The translations under genes and the position numbers were made by a program. Shown here one piece after another: positions 47,862 through 57,261 of a stretch of 64,000 bases of DNA (its first letter is position 1; each line of letters begins with the position of its first letter). A model generated the notes under the pieces. It was not told the origin of the DNA. It did not search any database and saw only the letters and a program-made list of their open reading frames with translations. Source of the DNA: an uncultured delta proteobacterium (GTDB lineage Bacteria; Desulfobacterota; Binatia; UBA9968); NCBI GenBank assembly GCA_963737905.1, contig CAVTUQ010000026.1, positions 160,001 to 224,000 on the forward strand, in the 5' to 3' direction.

Positions 47862-47987
47862 ATGATTTGCCCGCAATGTCAGCATGAGAATTTCTCTGAT
47901 GCGATCTTTTGCGGCCATTGTTCTACGGCCGCGAATGTCAACGCAAAGATCGCTGCTCCTTTGTCTACTCAGTTTACACCGGCGTAA
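47862..47987 (+). pseudogene. Truncated third copy, zinc-ribbon N-terminus only (MICPQCQHENFSDAIFCGHC...)
   Basis: Same TTGATTCCCGTyATGATTTG start context as 21937 and 44409; similarity lost after about 20 codons. Confidence 0.75.
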
Positions 47988-48139
47988 ATATCCAGATACT
48001 CTTCGATGTGCATAAGGTTACACTTCTTTGCGCTTTGAAGTTGTCGCATTCCACTACTCAACGCTCAACCCTTGGATTCTCAATGGGAAGATGCCGTGGA
48101 CACGTCGGCGTGTACACTACGCTGCAAGCGATTCGCATC

Positions 48140-48154
48140 TGGCACGCCGTATGC
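48140..48154 (+). promoter_or_regulatory. Sigma-54 promoter
   Basis: TGGCAC-GCCGT-ATGC; enhancer-like sites at 47962-47978 and 48007-48022. Confidence 0.75.
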
Positions 48155-48204
48155 TCTTTAAGTGGACAGGAAGTGGAAATTAGGAAAGAAAGGAGGTGAG
48201 TAAA

Positions 48205-48513
48205 ATGAAAAAGACCATTTCACTACTGTCCAACTTGTTGCTGTCATCTGCGCTGTTCTGGGGCGTGCCGCTAGTGGAAGCGAACGAGATCGTCGACACG
48301 GAAGTCGCCGATTTTGCGGGTTACTGCCACATGAAGTTCCCGCCAATGAGCGAAGCGACTCTGTCTTGGGACCGGCCGGAGCTGAATGCGGAAGCTGAGA
48401 AGAGCATCGACTTCTACGGCCCGTGCGACTACGATCCGACGGGCGCGGCTGAGATCCGGACACAGCGGAACCTGTTACTGCGCGATCTTCACGGAGACGG
48501 CGACAGTGATTAA
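48205..48513 (+). CDS. Small secreted acidic Cys-pair protein, paralog 2
   Basis: RBS AAGGAGGTGA; signal ending VEA|NE; YCHMKFP...DFYGPCDYDP. Confidence 0.85.
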   Translation: MKKTISLLSNLLLSSALFWGVPLVEANEIVDTEVADFAGYCHMKFPPMSEATLSWDRPELNAEAEKSIDFYGPCDYDPTGAAEIRTQRNLLLRDLHGDGDSD

Positions 48514-48534
48514 GCCCGCCGTGTGCGAATGCAG

Positions 48535-48567
48535 GCACCGAGGGTGGAAAATTTCCCCCCTCGGTGC
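48535..48567 (+). terminator. Stem-loop after paralog 2
   Basis: GCACCGAGGG.GGAAA / TTTCC.CCCTCGGTGC. Confidence 0.6.
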
Positions 48568-48601
48568 GCATTGTTAAGGCAAAGCTGATAGGGACACGAC
48601 G

Positions 48602-48895
48602 ATGAAACCCGGAGATGTGCTGACAACCACCAGACCGATTCGTTCACAAAAGACCGGGGTCGTCCTGCCCCGCCAGGGAATCTTTGTGAGCGCGATCGAA
48701 AATCTGGGCCGCCAGCTGATCCTGGTCAACTTTGGCAAAGTCGGCCTGGAGTATCTGTTCCCCAATGAAATCCTGGCGCAGAGTCCCGGCGTTAACGAGA
48801 GTTTTTCTGCTTCTTACTCTCAAGATTTAATCCGCCCGTTCACCTATCCCCAGCCGCTTCAACTTCTTGATCAACCCCTGGCGGCTCAGGCCTAA
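48602..48895 (+). CDS. Small hypothetical protein, SH3-like beta pattern in the first ~60 aa
   Basis: MKPGDVL...ILVNFG...EYLFPNEI pattern; RBS-like AGGGA; tail overlaps the convergent activator. Confidence 0.55.
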   Translation: MKPGDVLTTTRPIRSQKTGVVLPRQGIFVSAIENLGRQLILVNFGKVGLEYLFPNEILAQSPGVNESFSASYSQDLIRPFTYPQPLQLLDQPLAAQA

Positions 48896-50410
48896 CACGT
48901 GAGCCGCTTTTTGTTTGTTTCCGCCAGAATTTCGCAGTTCCTCCTCGATAAGCCGGCGCTCTAACTGCTCGACCGCGTCCGGTAGGGATCGAGACGTCGG
49001 CGACTTCGGCGCCGGTTCCTCTCTGGGCCGGGAGCTTTGAATGGCCGCGCTCGGATTTCGAATAGAACCGTCCAAATAAGCTTCAGTTATCGATTTCTCT
49101 CGTACTGAGGCGACGAGGCGTTTTACTTCGTTTTCTAGCTGGCGCGAGTTGCCGGGCCATGAGTACTTCGACAGCGCTTCTAAGGTCCCCGGGGTAAATT
49201 GTTTTGGATCCGCGTTCATCATCTTGCAATACTTAGTCAGAAAGTGGTTGGCCAATACCGGGATATCCTCCGAAACATCGCGAAGCGAGGGCGTGTGGAT
49301 GTGAATTACCTTCAGGCGGTAGTAGAGATCTTCGCGAAACGTCCGCTCGGTGATGGCGGCTTCCAGGTTCTTATTCGTGGCGGCGATAACACGCAGATCG
49401 ATGGGCACCGCGCTCCTGCCGCCGACTCGGTCCACCGAACGCTCCTGAAGAACCCGAAGAATCTTCGCCTGGGCCGACAGGCTCAAATCGCCGATCTCGT
49501 CCAGAAACAGCGTTCCGCCATTGGCTTCCTCGAATTTGCCGATGCGGCGGTCGACGCCGGTGGCGACACCTTTTTCGATCCCGAACAGCTCCGCTTCCAC
49601 GAGATTGTCCGGCAGCGCCGCGCAGTTCACGGCGACGAAGGAGTGCTTCGCGCGGGGGCTGTTGTGATGTAAGGCTTTCGCTACCAATTCTTTTCCGGTG
49701 CCGCTCTCGCCCTCGATCAAGACGTCCACCGAGCAATCACGAATCTGGTCGATCAGGCGAATGATCGATTGAATCCTGTAACTCATGCCGAAGATGTTCT
49801 GCGTGGAGAAGCCCCCGCCAACGTCCGCACGGCGGTCGGTTTCTTTCTGCGACGGGTATTCCTGTAGCTGTCTCTCGAGCTGAGTGGTTTCGATCGTATC
49901 GGAGACGTGGGCCGCCAAAGTCTGCAACAGCTCGGCATCCTCATCTGTGAACAGACCTTCGCTTTTGTTGATCGCTTCGCCGACACCGATAATCTCGCCC
50001 TTGAGATCTCTGAGAGGCACCGCCAGCAAAGTTCGAGTTCGATATCCCGTCTGTAAGTCGAGCTCCTTGTAAAACAGCGGATGGTCGTAGGCATCCGCCA
50101 CGTTGATCGTCTGACCCGTCATGGCGACGCTACCGGCGATGCCCAGCCGCGCGTCGAGGCGCATGATCTTTTTCTCCTGCGAAATCACCGACCACAGCTC
50201 GCACTTCTCACGATCCAGCAAGAAGATGCTCACCCGATCCGCTTTGAGCAGCGCCTTGGTCTCAATCGTAATCAACTCCAAAAGAGAAATGACATCCCCT
50301 ACGGAGGTCATCCGTTTGCAGACGTTGAGGATCGCACGCAGTCTATCCCCGTGTTGGCCTTCACTCTGGGAAGACGGGATCTCGAGAGTAGGCGTTTGGC
50401 TCTGGTTCAT
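48827..50410 (-). CDS. GAF-domain sigma-54-interacting transcriptional activator
   Basis: GAF (GIAGSVA, TGYRTRTLLAVPL, INK); GESGTGKE; GVATGV loop; FLDEIG; Fis HTH. Confidence 0.93.
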   Translation of the reverse strand: MNQSQTPTLEIPSSQSEGQHGDRLRAILNVCKRMTSVGDVISLLELITIETKALLKADRVSIFLLDREKCELWSVISQEKKIMRLDARLGIAGSVAMTGQTINVADAYDHPLFYKELDLQTGYRTRTLLAVPLRDLKGEIIGVGEAINKSEGLFTDEDAELLQTLAAHVSDTIETTQLERQLQEYPSQKETDRRADVGGGFSTQNIFGMSYRIQSIIRLIDQIRDCSVDVLIEGESGTGKELVAKALHHNSPRAKHSFVAVNCAALPDNLVEAELFGIEKGVATGVDRRIGKFEEANGGTLFLDEIGDLSLSAQAKILRVLQERSVDRVGGRSAVPIDLRVIAATNKNLEAAITERTFREDLYYRLKVIHIHTPSLRDVSEDIPVLANHFLTKYCKMMNADPKQFTPGTLEALSKYSWPGNSRQLENEVKRLVASVREKSITEAYLDGSIRNPSAAIQSSRPREEPAPKSPTSRSLPDAVEQLERRLIEEELRNSGGNKQKAAHVLGLSRQGLIKKLKRLGIGERAD

Positions 50411-50543
50411 TGGCTCCTCCCTAGCATATCGACGAAAACACTGTCAACGAAGGCGACACACACCAACAACGACGTTGACGTTCCGCATCCTCTGCGTTCA
50501 TGAATCTCTCACGAAGACCAAGAGATTTGCGGGAAATCAATCT

Positions 50544-50558
50544 TGGCATGAGGGCTGC
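50544..50558 (+). promoter_or_regulatory. Sigma-54 promoter
   Basis: TGGCAT-GAGGG-CTGC at the same spacing to the ATG as paralog 2; TGT-N11-ACA at 50442-50458. Confidence 0.65.
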
Positions 50559-50608
50559 ACTCGTAATGAGCAGGAAGTGAAAATTGAGAAAGAAAGGAGG
50601 TGAGTCAG

Positions 50609-50933
50609 ATGAAAAAGAGCGTATCACTTCTATGTAATCTGCTCTTGTCCGCGACACTGTTTTGGAGCGTGCCCTCGGTCGGGGCAAGAGATGATCGACC
50701 TTATTCCCAGCGACACCACCGCTTATTGTCAGATGCAGTTCCCCCTGATGGTCGAAGACAGTTTGTCGTGGGAGCAACCCATCCTGGATTCGTTGACAGG
50801 CAGTGTCGTCGATTTTAATGGGCCCTGTGATTATGACGCGGCGGGGTCCGATGAGATCCGCACCCAGAAGCGTGTGATCCTTCGGGGCGATTTTGATGAT
50901 GGAGATTCAATGACGAGCAGGACCCACCAGTAA
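50609..50933 (+). pseudogene. Small secreted Cys-pair protein, paralog 3, frameshifted near 50686
   Basis: Signal peptide in one frame and mature domain (YCQMQFP...GPCDYD) in another; 2-nt deletion relative to paralog 1; paralog-1 TGA reads TCA here. Confidence 0.82.
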
Positions 50934-51063
50934 GTTGGGGGAAGGCCTCGTTCCTTCTCCTAAGCTCAACCGGTGCCCTGAATCGAGAATTGCGAATCCG
51001 TTTTAACAAACGTGCCAGCGCGCAGACCGTGGGAGAAAAATGATTATTTTCTCAGGTGAAGCA

Positions 51064-51258
51064 ATGGAAAGGCAGAACGAAGTGTTGCCGATCTCAAGTC
51101 CGAGCGAAAACAGTCTGGGTTCGGTGGAGCCTTCGCGAGCCCATGAGAGGCATCGTAACACTCGCACGATCAATCTGTTGCTTGGCCCGCTGACAGCTCT
51201 GCTGGTATGGTTTTTGGTGGGTGGCTGGCTTTATTTCTTTTTCTTGGCCGCGCGATGA
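51064..51258 (+). CDS. Small membrane protein with a C-terminal TM helix
   Basis: RBS AGGTGA; LLLGPLTALLVWFLVGGWLYFFFL. Confidence 0.5.
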   Translation: MERQNEVLPISSPSENSLGSVEPSRAHERHRNTRTINLLLGPLTALLVWFLVGGWLYFFFLAAR

Positions 51259-51269
51259 GTTGTTATTTG

Positions 51270-52800
51270 TGGCTCGGCGTCCGGTTGGCTCGTTAAAATT
51301 CGACATTTTGTTCAAAGTTTTGGAGTCTGCGGACAAGGTAACGAATACGTTGTTGAGGATTGAGTTTATCAAAGTAGTCAACCCAAGATCTTTGTAGGGC
51401 CTGTTATCGCGGAGCAAGAAATAGACAGTCACGAGCAGGCTGTGCTAGACGGCGCCGATGGCGCGTTTTTTCCACGCCGGCCGCCAGACGATGGTACTGG
51501 GATTTGAAATAGCTGTTCTTGGTAACTAGCGCGAGCGCCATCTCGGTCAGCACCGCGACGAGGTGACGGTTGGCAGCGAGGGTTTTACAGCTGCGACGTT
51601 TGAAGGCACTTTCATGGTTACAAGGACAGCGGCTAGCCAAAGAGGCAAAGTGCTTGTGGCTAGGGAATCGACTCATGTCAGTACCGGTTTCCGCTAACAG
51701 AGCTCTAGCCCTACGCTCGCCCACCCCCGCCATCGCATCGAGCTGCTCTACGGCGGCACGAAACGAGGGGGGCGATACCGCCCCCAGCCGCTCGCTCACG
51801 CTGGCGATCTCCTTTTCGAGAAAGTCGTACTGCCCCAGCAACTGCCGCAACAAAAAGCGGTGATGCTCAGTCAGCTCTCCTTCCAAAGCGCGCTGCAACT
51901 CGGGAATCTTGCGCGAAGCTGGCGCTGGGCCAGATCCGCCAGTACGGTGACGTCCTTCTCCCCCGCAATCAGCGCTTCAATCATCTTGCGTCCCGACACC
52001 CCCAACACATCACTGGCCACCGAGCCCAGCTTGATGTTAGCGGTCTCCACACCTTCTGAATGCGGTTGTCCACCGCATTTCGCTGCTGCACCAGCTTGGT
52101 TTGTTGGCGTCAGATCCCGAAGCTCGCGCTGCTGGCGGTCAGGGACAAAACTCGGCCTCAACAGCCCACACTGCAAGAGCTGGGCTATCCACTCCGCGTC
52201 CTTCATGTCGGTCTTTCTCCCAGGCACCTTCTTGATGTGCTGGGCGTTGACCACCCACACTTTAAAATGGCCTTCGAGCAGGTTGAACACCGGCTGCCAG
52301 TACACCCCCGTCGACTCCATCGCCACATGCGTCACTTTCAGCTCCGCCAGCCACTGGCGCAGCTCCAAAAGATCCGCCGTCATCGTGCCGAACTTGCGCA
52401 GCGTGCTCTGCACCGTGCCATCCTTCGAATCCAGGATGCGCACGCACGCCACCACCAGTTTCTTGTGCACGTCCAATCCACACACACGCGCAAACAGCGC
52501 CTGCAGCCCCGCAAGGCTACTCTTCTTCTTGCTCATAGACGCTCCCCCTTTCTTTCGGTGCGCCCAGGGGACATCTGGCTTATCCGATTCTCCTTCGCGT
52601 GCTCTCGTCGGCAGACAACGAGGCGACATCTGAGGCGCCGAAGGATGTCCCGGATCACACTTCGTGTCGGGCTCTCTCGCTCCAGTCACTTAACGATCTC
52701 TTCGCTGGGGGCACCGCTCTCTTATCACCTCAACTCTCCCCTATTTTCATCTTCTGTGGGCGAGCGTAAGATCATGAATCACTTCGTGGTGCAATCTCCG
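51270..52800 (-). mobile_element. IS110-family element with a frameshifted DEDD recombinase (boundaries approximate)
   Basis: CGLDVHK, AMESTGVYW, PGRKTDMKDAEW, GTDMSRFPS and NHESA motifs spread over several frames; ATG at 52536; ~250-nt upstream non-coding end. Confidence 0.9.
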
Positions 52801-52867
52801 AGTCCTACCTTACAGGAATGCTTGAAGCCTCTTTTTGTAGGGAGGGCTCTCCGACGACTTGACTAGC

Positions 52868-54489
52868 TGCCAGACGCCCCTTTCTGCCAATATGAATGAG
52901 ACACTTACCCGCCAATAGTTTAGTGTAGAGGGCGAGTAAGGAAAAGAAGGTGGAAACAGGAAGTAACGGTGTGAAATCTTTAACGGAGGTGGAAGTGGTG
53001 GCGAAGGCGGAGCGGCGGCGGTTTACCGGGGAATACAAAGCGAAGGTTTTGCGAGAGGCGGATAGTTGCAAGCAGCCAGGAGAGATCGGGGCGCTTTTGC
53101 GCCGGGAGGGTTTGTACTGGTCGAATTTGACCACTTGGCGCAAGCAACGGGAGACCGGAGAGCTGGCGGGGCTAAAGGGGAAGCATCGCGGGCCGCAGCG
53201 GCGGGAGAAAAACCCGTTAGCCGAGAGGGTGCGGGAGTTGGAGCGGGACAATGCGCGGCTTAAGCGGAGGGCGGAGCGGGCCGAAGGGATAGTGGAGCTG
53301 CAAAAAAAAGTCTCGGAGATTTTGGGGATCGAACTGACAAAAGAGCGCCGAGACAGACTGATGGGGGTGGTCGGAGAAAACAAGGCAACGTATACGGTGG
53401 AATCGATCTGCGCGGGGCTGGGAATCGGGCGGGCCAGCTACTACCGATTGCAACGACCGAGCGCAGGGGCTGTAACCGAACGGATTCATCCTCGGGCCTT
53501 ATCGGTAAGCGAGCGACAGCCGTGCTGGGGGTGGTTAACAGCGAGCGGTTTTGCGACCAAGCGCCTGGGGGAATCTATGCCACGCTTTTAGATGAGGGAA
53601 GCTATCTGTGCTCGGAGCGCACGATGTACCGGATCTTGGCAAGCAACCCGCAAGTCAGAGAAAGAAGAGATCAGATCAGACATCCCCGTTATCAAGCCCC
53701 TGAGCTCATCGCTACTCGGCAAAACGAGGTGTGGTCGTGGGATATTACCAAGCTGTTGGGGCCGACGAAGTGGACGTATTTTTACCTCTACGTGATCCTG
53801 GATATTTTTAGCCGCTATGTGGTGGGCTGGATGCTGGCGTACCGGGAATCGGCCGAGTTCGCCAAGAAACTCATCGAGCAAACCGTGGAGCGGCACAACA
53901 TCGAGCCGGGGTGGCTCACGGTGCTGCGGATCGGGGGGCGCCGATGACATCCAAGGCGGTGGCATTCTTGTTGGCGGGGCTGGGAGTGACCAAGACCCAC
54001 AGCCGCGCGTATGTCTCCAATGACAATCCGTATTCGGAGAGCCAATTCAAGACCATGAAGTATCGCCCCGAGTTTCCCGAGCGCTTTGGTTGTTACCAAG
54101 ATGCGCACCGATTCTTGACCGAGTTTTTCCCCTGGTACAACCACGAGCATCATCACTCGGGCTTGGGATACTTAACGCCGTACGAGGTTCACTATGGGCT
54201 GGCGGCAAACCGACGCGAACAGAGAGCCGGAGTACTCAAGCAAGCCTATGAGAAAAATCCCCAGCGTTTTGTGCGTGGCTTGCCAAGCCCCGCTCTGTTA
54301 CCGACTGCCGCATGGATCAACAAACCCAAAGAAATCTCTCGGACGGAGAGCCCAGAGCTTATGAATTCATCGATGACGGGCATCGAGCAGAAAAACGGCT
54401 TCCATAATTGCGCTATAAGGGGCGTCGAATCCATGAGCGGCCCGGAATGCCCTGTCTACAAAAGTTCACACCCGGGTGTAATTTTGTAG
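52868..54489 (+). mobile_element. IS3-family element, transposase broken by frameshifts near 53520 and 53925; right end unclear
   Basis: orfA RRRFTGEYK...LLRREGLY; rve WSWDITKL, DIFSRYVVGW, DRG, NDNPYSESQFKTMKY. Confidence 0.88.
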
Positions 54490-54590
54490 ACACCCACCCT
54501 CGCGGTCCAGCGCTTCCGGCAAGAATTCTTGTTTAAGATTGGCCGTTCATCGCGGACAGTCTCCGCATTCGGTGTTGGCGCAAAGCTTGC
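54453..54590 (+). promoter_or_regulatory. Palindromic enhancer (54453-54492) plus sigma-54 promoter (54576-54590)
   Basis: TGTCTACAAAA...ATTTTGTAGACA palindrome; TGGCGC-AAAGC-TTGC. Confidence 0.7.
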
Positions 54591-54745
54591 TGTTTAAATT
54601 TCACTGGGATAAGGGTCGCTCAGTATTGTCCTAGCATGAGTTCCTTCGCGGCTACGTCGTGGTCCTAGATGGCCTTGGCAAATTGGGGGCAAAACAGCAG
54701 ATCATCGTTCAATATTAGTCCTGGCTGGCGTGAGGTGGTGGAGAG

Positions 54746-55993
54746 ATGAAACTCAAAAAAAGTCATGGGTCGCTGGTCTTGCCGCTCTTGTTAACGTTCG
54801 GGTTTCTGCACGATCCATTTCTCGGGTTTGCTCGCGGGGTCTGGGCTGCCGAAGTGGACCTTCGGCCCGGTGATACAATCGGGCCCCATAACTGGCAAAA
54901 AATTCAGGGAATGGTTGGCGAAAACCTCTTGAATCGGGTTAAGCAAGGCTACACCTTCAAGATCAAGGAACCGAGGACGATCGAACCGCTCAGGGAATAC
55001 GACGAAGCCACGGAGAAATATTCCAGCAAAGTGAGACTTGGATCCAACGGCGAGCTTCTGAACTATGTTGCCGGTCGACCGTTTCCCGACTTCGATCGTA
55101 ATGATCCCCAAGCCGGACAAAAGGTCGCATGGAACTTCTACTGGCGCTGGGTGGGGGATGATTACAAGAATGCGGGCGCTCTTAAAGGGGGAAGGATCAT
55201 TCGCTATTTTCTCGACCGGGATGGCTCTGAGCGCCGCGGTGACGTGATCAACATTTCAATACGGACTCGCAATCGAGTCACGGTCGATCCGAAGCCCGTC
55301 ATTCCGGGATACGAACACATCGACTGGATGCAGATTATCGCCGATGAGTATCCGCGAGACTCTTCCGGCACAACGGTCCTTGAGATGCGGTACGCCAGTC
55401 CTCAGACCGAAGATGACTTCTACGTTTATGTTCCCAGCCTGCGCCGCATTCGCCGCGTTCCGCCGATCCAAAGATGCGCGACGATTGCGCCCAGCGAGTT
55501 TAACTATGATGACGTCAATAGTTTCAACGGCAAAATCACCGACTTTAAATACAGGCTGCTCGGCGAAAAGAAGATGCTGGGCAACTTTTCTCAGGGGAGT
55601 GTCCCGTTTCACCGCAAGACGGGAGATTATCTACCACTCGATGAAGAGTGGGGGATCCATGATACGTACGTACTAGAGATCACGCCTAAAAATCCGGAGT
55701 ACTGTTATCCGAGAAAAGTCCTGTATCTCGATAAAATCCATTTTGAGACACTTTGGGCGATGATATGGGATCGGCAGGGGCGATACTGGAAAGAACAATT
55801 TGCTTTCCGCTACCCCTTCGATTTATCTGACCGGCGACGCATCTATTCGGTAGGGACGGTTGTGATTGTCAACGTGCAGAACGGCCGCTCCACGCTGGTG
55901 ACGGTAGGTAGAAATTATAACTACGGTTACCGTCCCTCCTTTTTTACACTTGCGACGCTGCAAACGGTTATGCGGGGCGGAGCGATCCGGTGA
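54746..55993 (+). CDS. DUF1329 / LolA-like outer-membrane lipoprotein-sorting family protein, copy 1
   Basis: Signal peptide; YVAGRPFP, KVAWNF, YVPSLRRIRR and WDRQGRYWK motifs. Confidence 0.85.
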   Translation: MKLKKSHGSLVLPLLLTFGFLHDPFLGFARGVWAAEVDLRPGDTIGPHNWQKIQGMVGENLLNRVKQGYTFKIKEPRTIEPLREYDEATEKYSSKVRLGSNGELLNYVAGRPFPDFDRNDPQAGQKVAWNFYWRWVGDDYKNAGALKGGRIIRYFLDRDGSERRGDVINISIRTRNRVTVDPKPVIPGYEHIDWMQIIADEYPRDSSGTTVLEMRYASPQTEDDFYVYVPSLRRIRRVPPIQRCATIAPSEFNYDDVNSFNGKITDFKYRLLGEKKMLGNFSQGSVPFHRKTGDYLPLDEEWGIHDTYVLEITPKNPEYCYPRKVLYLDKIHFETLWAMIWDRQGRYWKEQFAFRYPFDLSDRRRIYSVGTVVIVNVQNGRSTLVTVGRNYNYGYRPSFFTLATLQTVMRGGAIR

Positions 55994-57222
55994 CGCGATC
56001 CGATATGTTGAAATCCTTTTTCTGCATTCCGGCGGCCATCTTTTTTCTCCTGCTTAGCTTTTCACGGGCGATGGCCAATGACGTCGAGCTTAAGCCGGGT
56101 GATACCATTGGCCCGCAGAACTGGTGGAAGGCTCAGGGGATGGTGGGTGAAAACCTCCTCAATCGCATCAAGCAGGGCTATACCCTTCAAATCAAGCAAG
56201 GCCGCTCCATGGGAGCTCCGAAAGAGTACAAAGTGGCGACTGGCCGATACTCCAGTGAGGCTCGGCTGGGATCGAGCGGCGAACTTCTTCATTACGTCGC
56301 AGGGCTTCCTTTTCCCGACGTGCAGCTCAGCGATCCGCAGGTTGGTTTAAAGATGGCGTGGAATTTCTATTGGCGCTGGATTGGGGACGACTTTAAGACC
56401 GGAGGAGGCACGGGTGAAGGCAAGATCGTTCGTTATGCCATCGAAAAAGACGGATCGGAACGCCGTGGAGATGTCGTCCTTCATACGATCAAGACTCGCG
56501 GGCGAGTTACCCTCGATTCGAAACCCAGCATCGACGGATATGAGCACATCGATTGGATGCAGCTTCGCGCCGACGAATATCCCCGGGACACCGCAGGGAC
56601 CACGACCTTAGAGATACGCTACGCAGATCCTAAAAGGGAGGATGACCTTTACATCTATGTTCCCAGTATACGCCGAGTCCGCCGCGCCCCGCCGATTCAA
56701 AGATGCGCGACCATAGCGCCGACTGAATTTAATTTCGATGACATTAATAGCTTTGGCGGTAAAATCACCGATTTTAACTATCGTTTCATGGGAAAATTTA
56801 AGATGTTGGGAAATCTCGCTCAAGAACAGATCCCGTTCTACCGTCAGAGTGGTGACTATTTGCCGTTGAAAGAGCGTTGGGAGATCGTCGAAGCGTACGG
56901 TCTTGAAATCACGCCAAAGGACCCGAATTACTGCTACCCGCGTAAGGTTATCTATTTTGACACACAAACTTTCGAAACCTTTTGGACCATGATTTGGGAC
57001 GCCAGCGGAAACTATTGGAAAGAACAGTTTAGTCTCCGCAGTCCCGTAAAACTTCCCGATGGCCAGGTGACTCTCTCTGTGGGAACGGTAGTCATCGTCA
57101 ATATTCAAAACGGCCGAAGCACGCTGGTCGACGCTGTCAGAAGTTACAACCAGGGCTACCAACCCAGCCTCTTTACCCTTGCGACACTGCAAACGATGAT
57201 GCGGGGTGGGGCTATCCGATAA
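55990..57222 (+). CDS. DUF1329 family protein, copy 2 (tandem paralog)
   Basis: YVAGLPFP, YVPSIRRVRR; same C-terminus as copy 1 (TLATLQT.MRGGAIR). Confidence 0.85.
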   Translation: MTRSDMLKSFFCIPAAIFFLLLSFSRAMANDVELKPGDTIGPQNWWKAQGMVGENLLNRIKQGYTLQIKQGRSMGAPKEYKVATGRYSSEARLGSSGELLHYVAGLPFPDVQLSDPQVGLKMAWNFYWRWIGDDFKTGGGTGEGKIVRYAIEKDGSERRGDVVLHTIKTRGRVTLDSKPSIDGYEHIDWMQLRADEYPRDTAGTTTLEIRYADPKREDDLYIYVPSIRRVRRAPPIQRCATIAPTEFNFDDINSFGGKITDFNYRFMGKFKMLGNLAQEQIPFYRQSGDYLPLKERWEIVEAYGLEITPKDPNYCYPRKVIYFDTQTFETFWTMIWDASGNYWKEQFSLRSPVKLPDGQVTLSVGTVVIVNIQNGRSTLVDAVRSYNQGYQPSLFTLATLQTMMRGGAIR

Positions 57223-57261
57223 GCGCACCGTCATGGGGAGGATGAATCCAAGTGTTTTAGA

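Noticed and set aside
53301-53310. Programmed -1 frameshift at CAAAAAAAAG in the IS3 element
   Set aside because: orfA already reads in-frame into orfB-like sequence here, and later breaks are not at slippery sites, so decay or error is more likely
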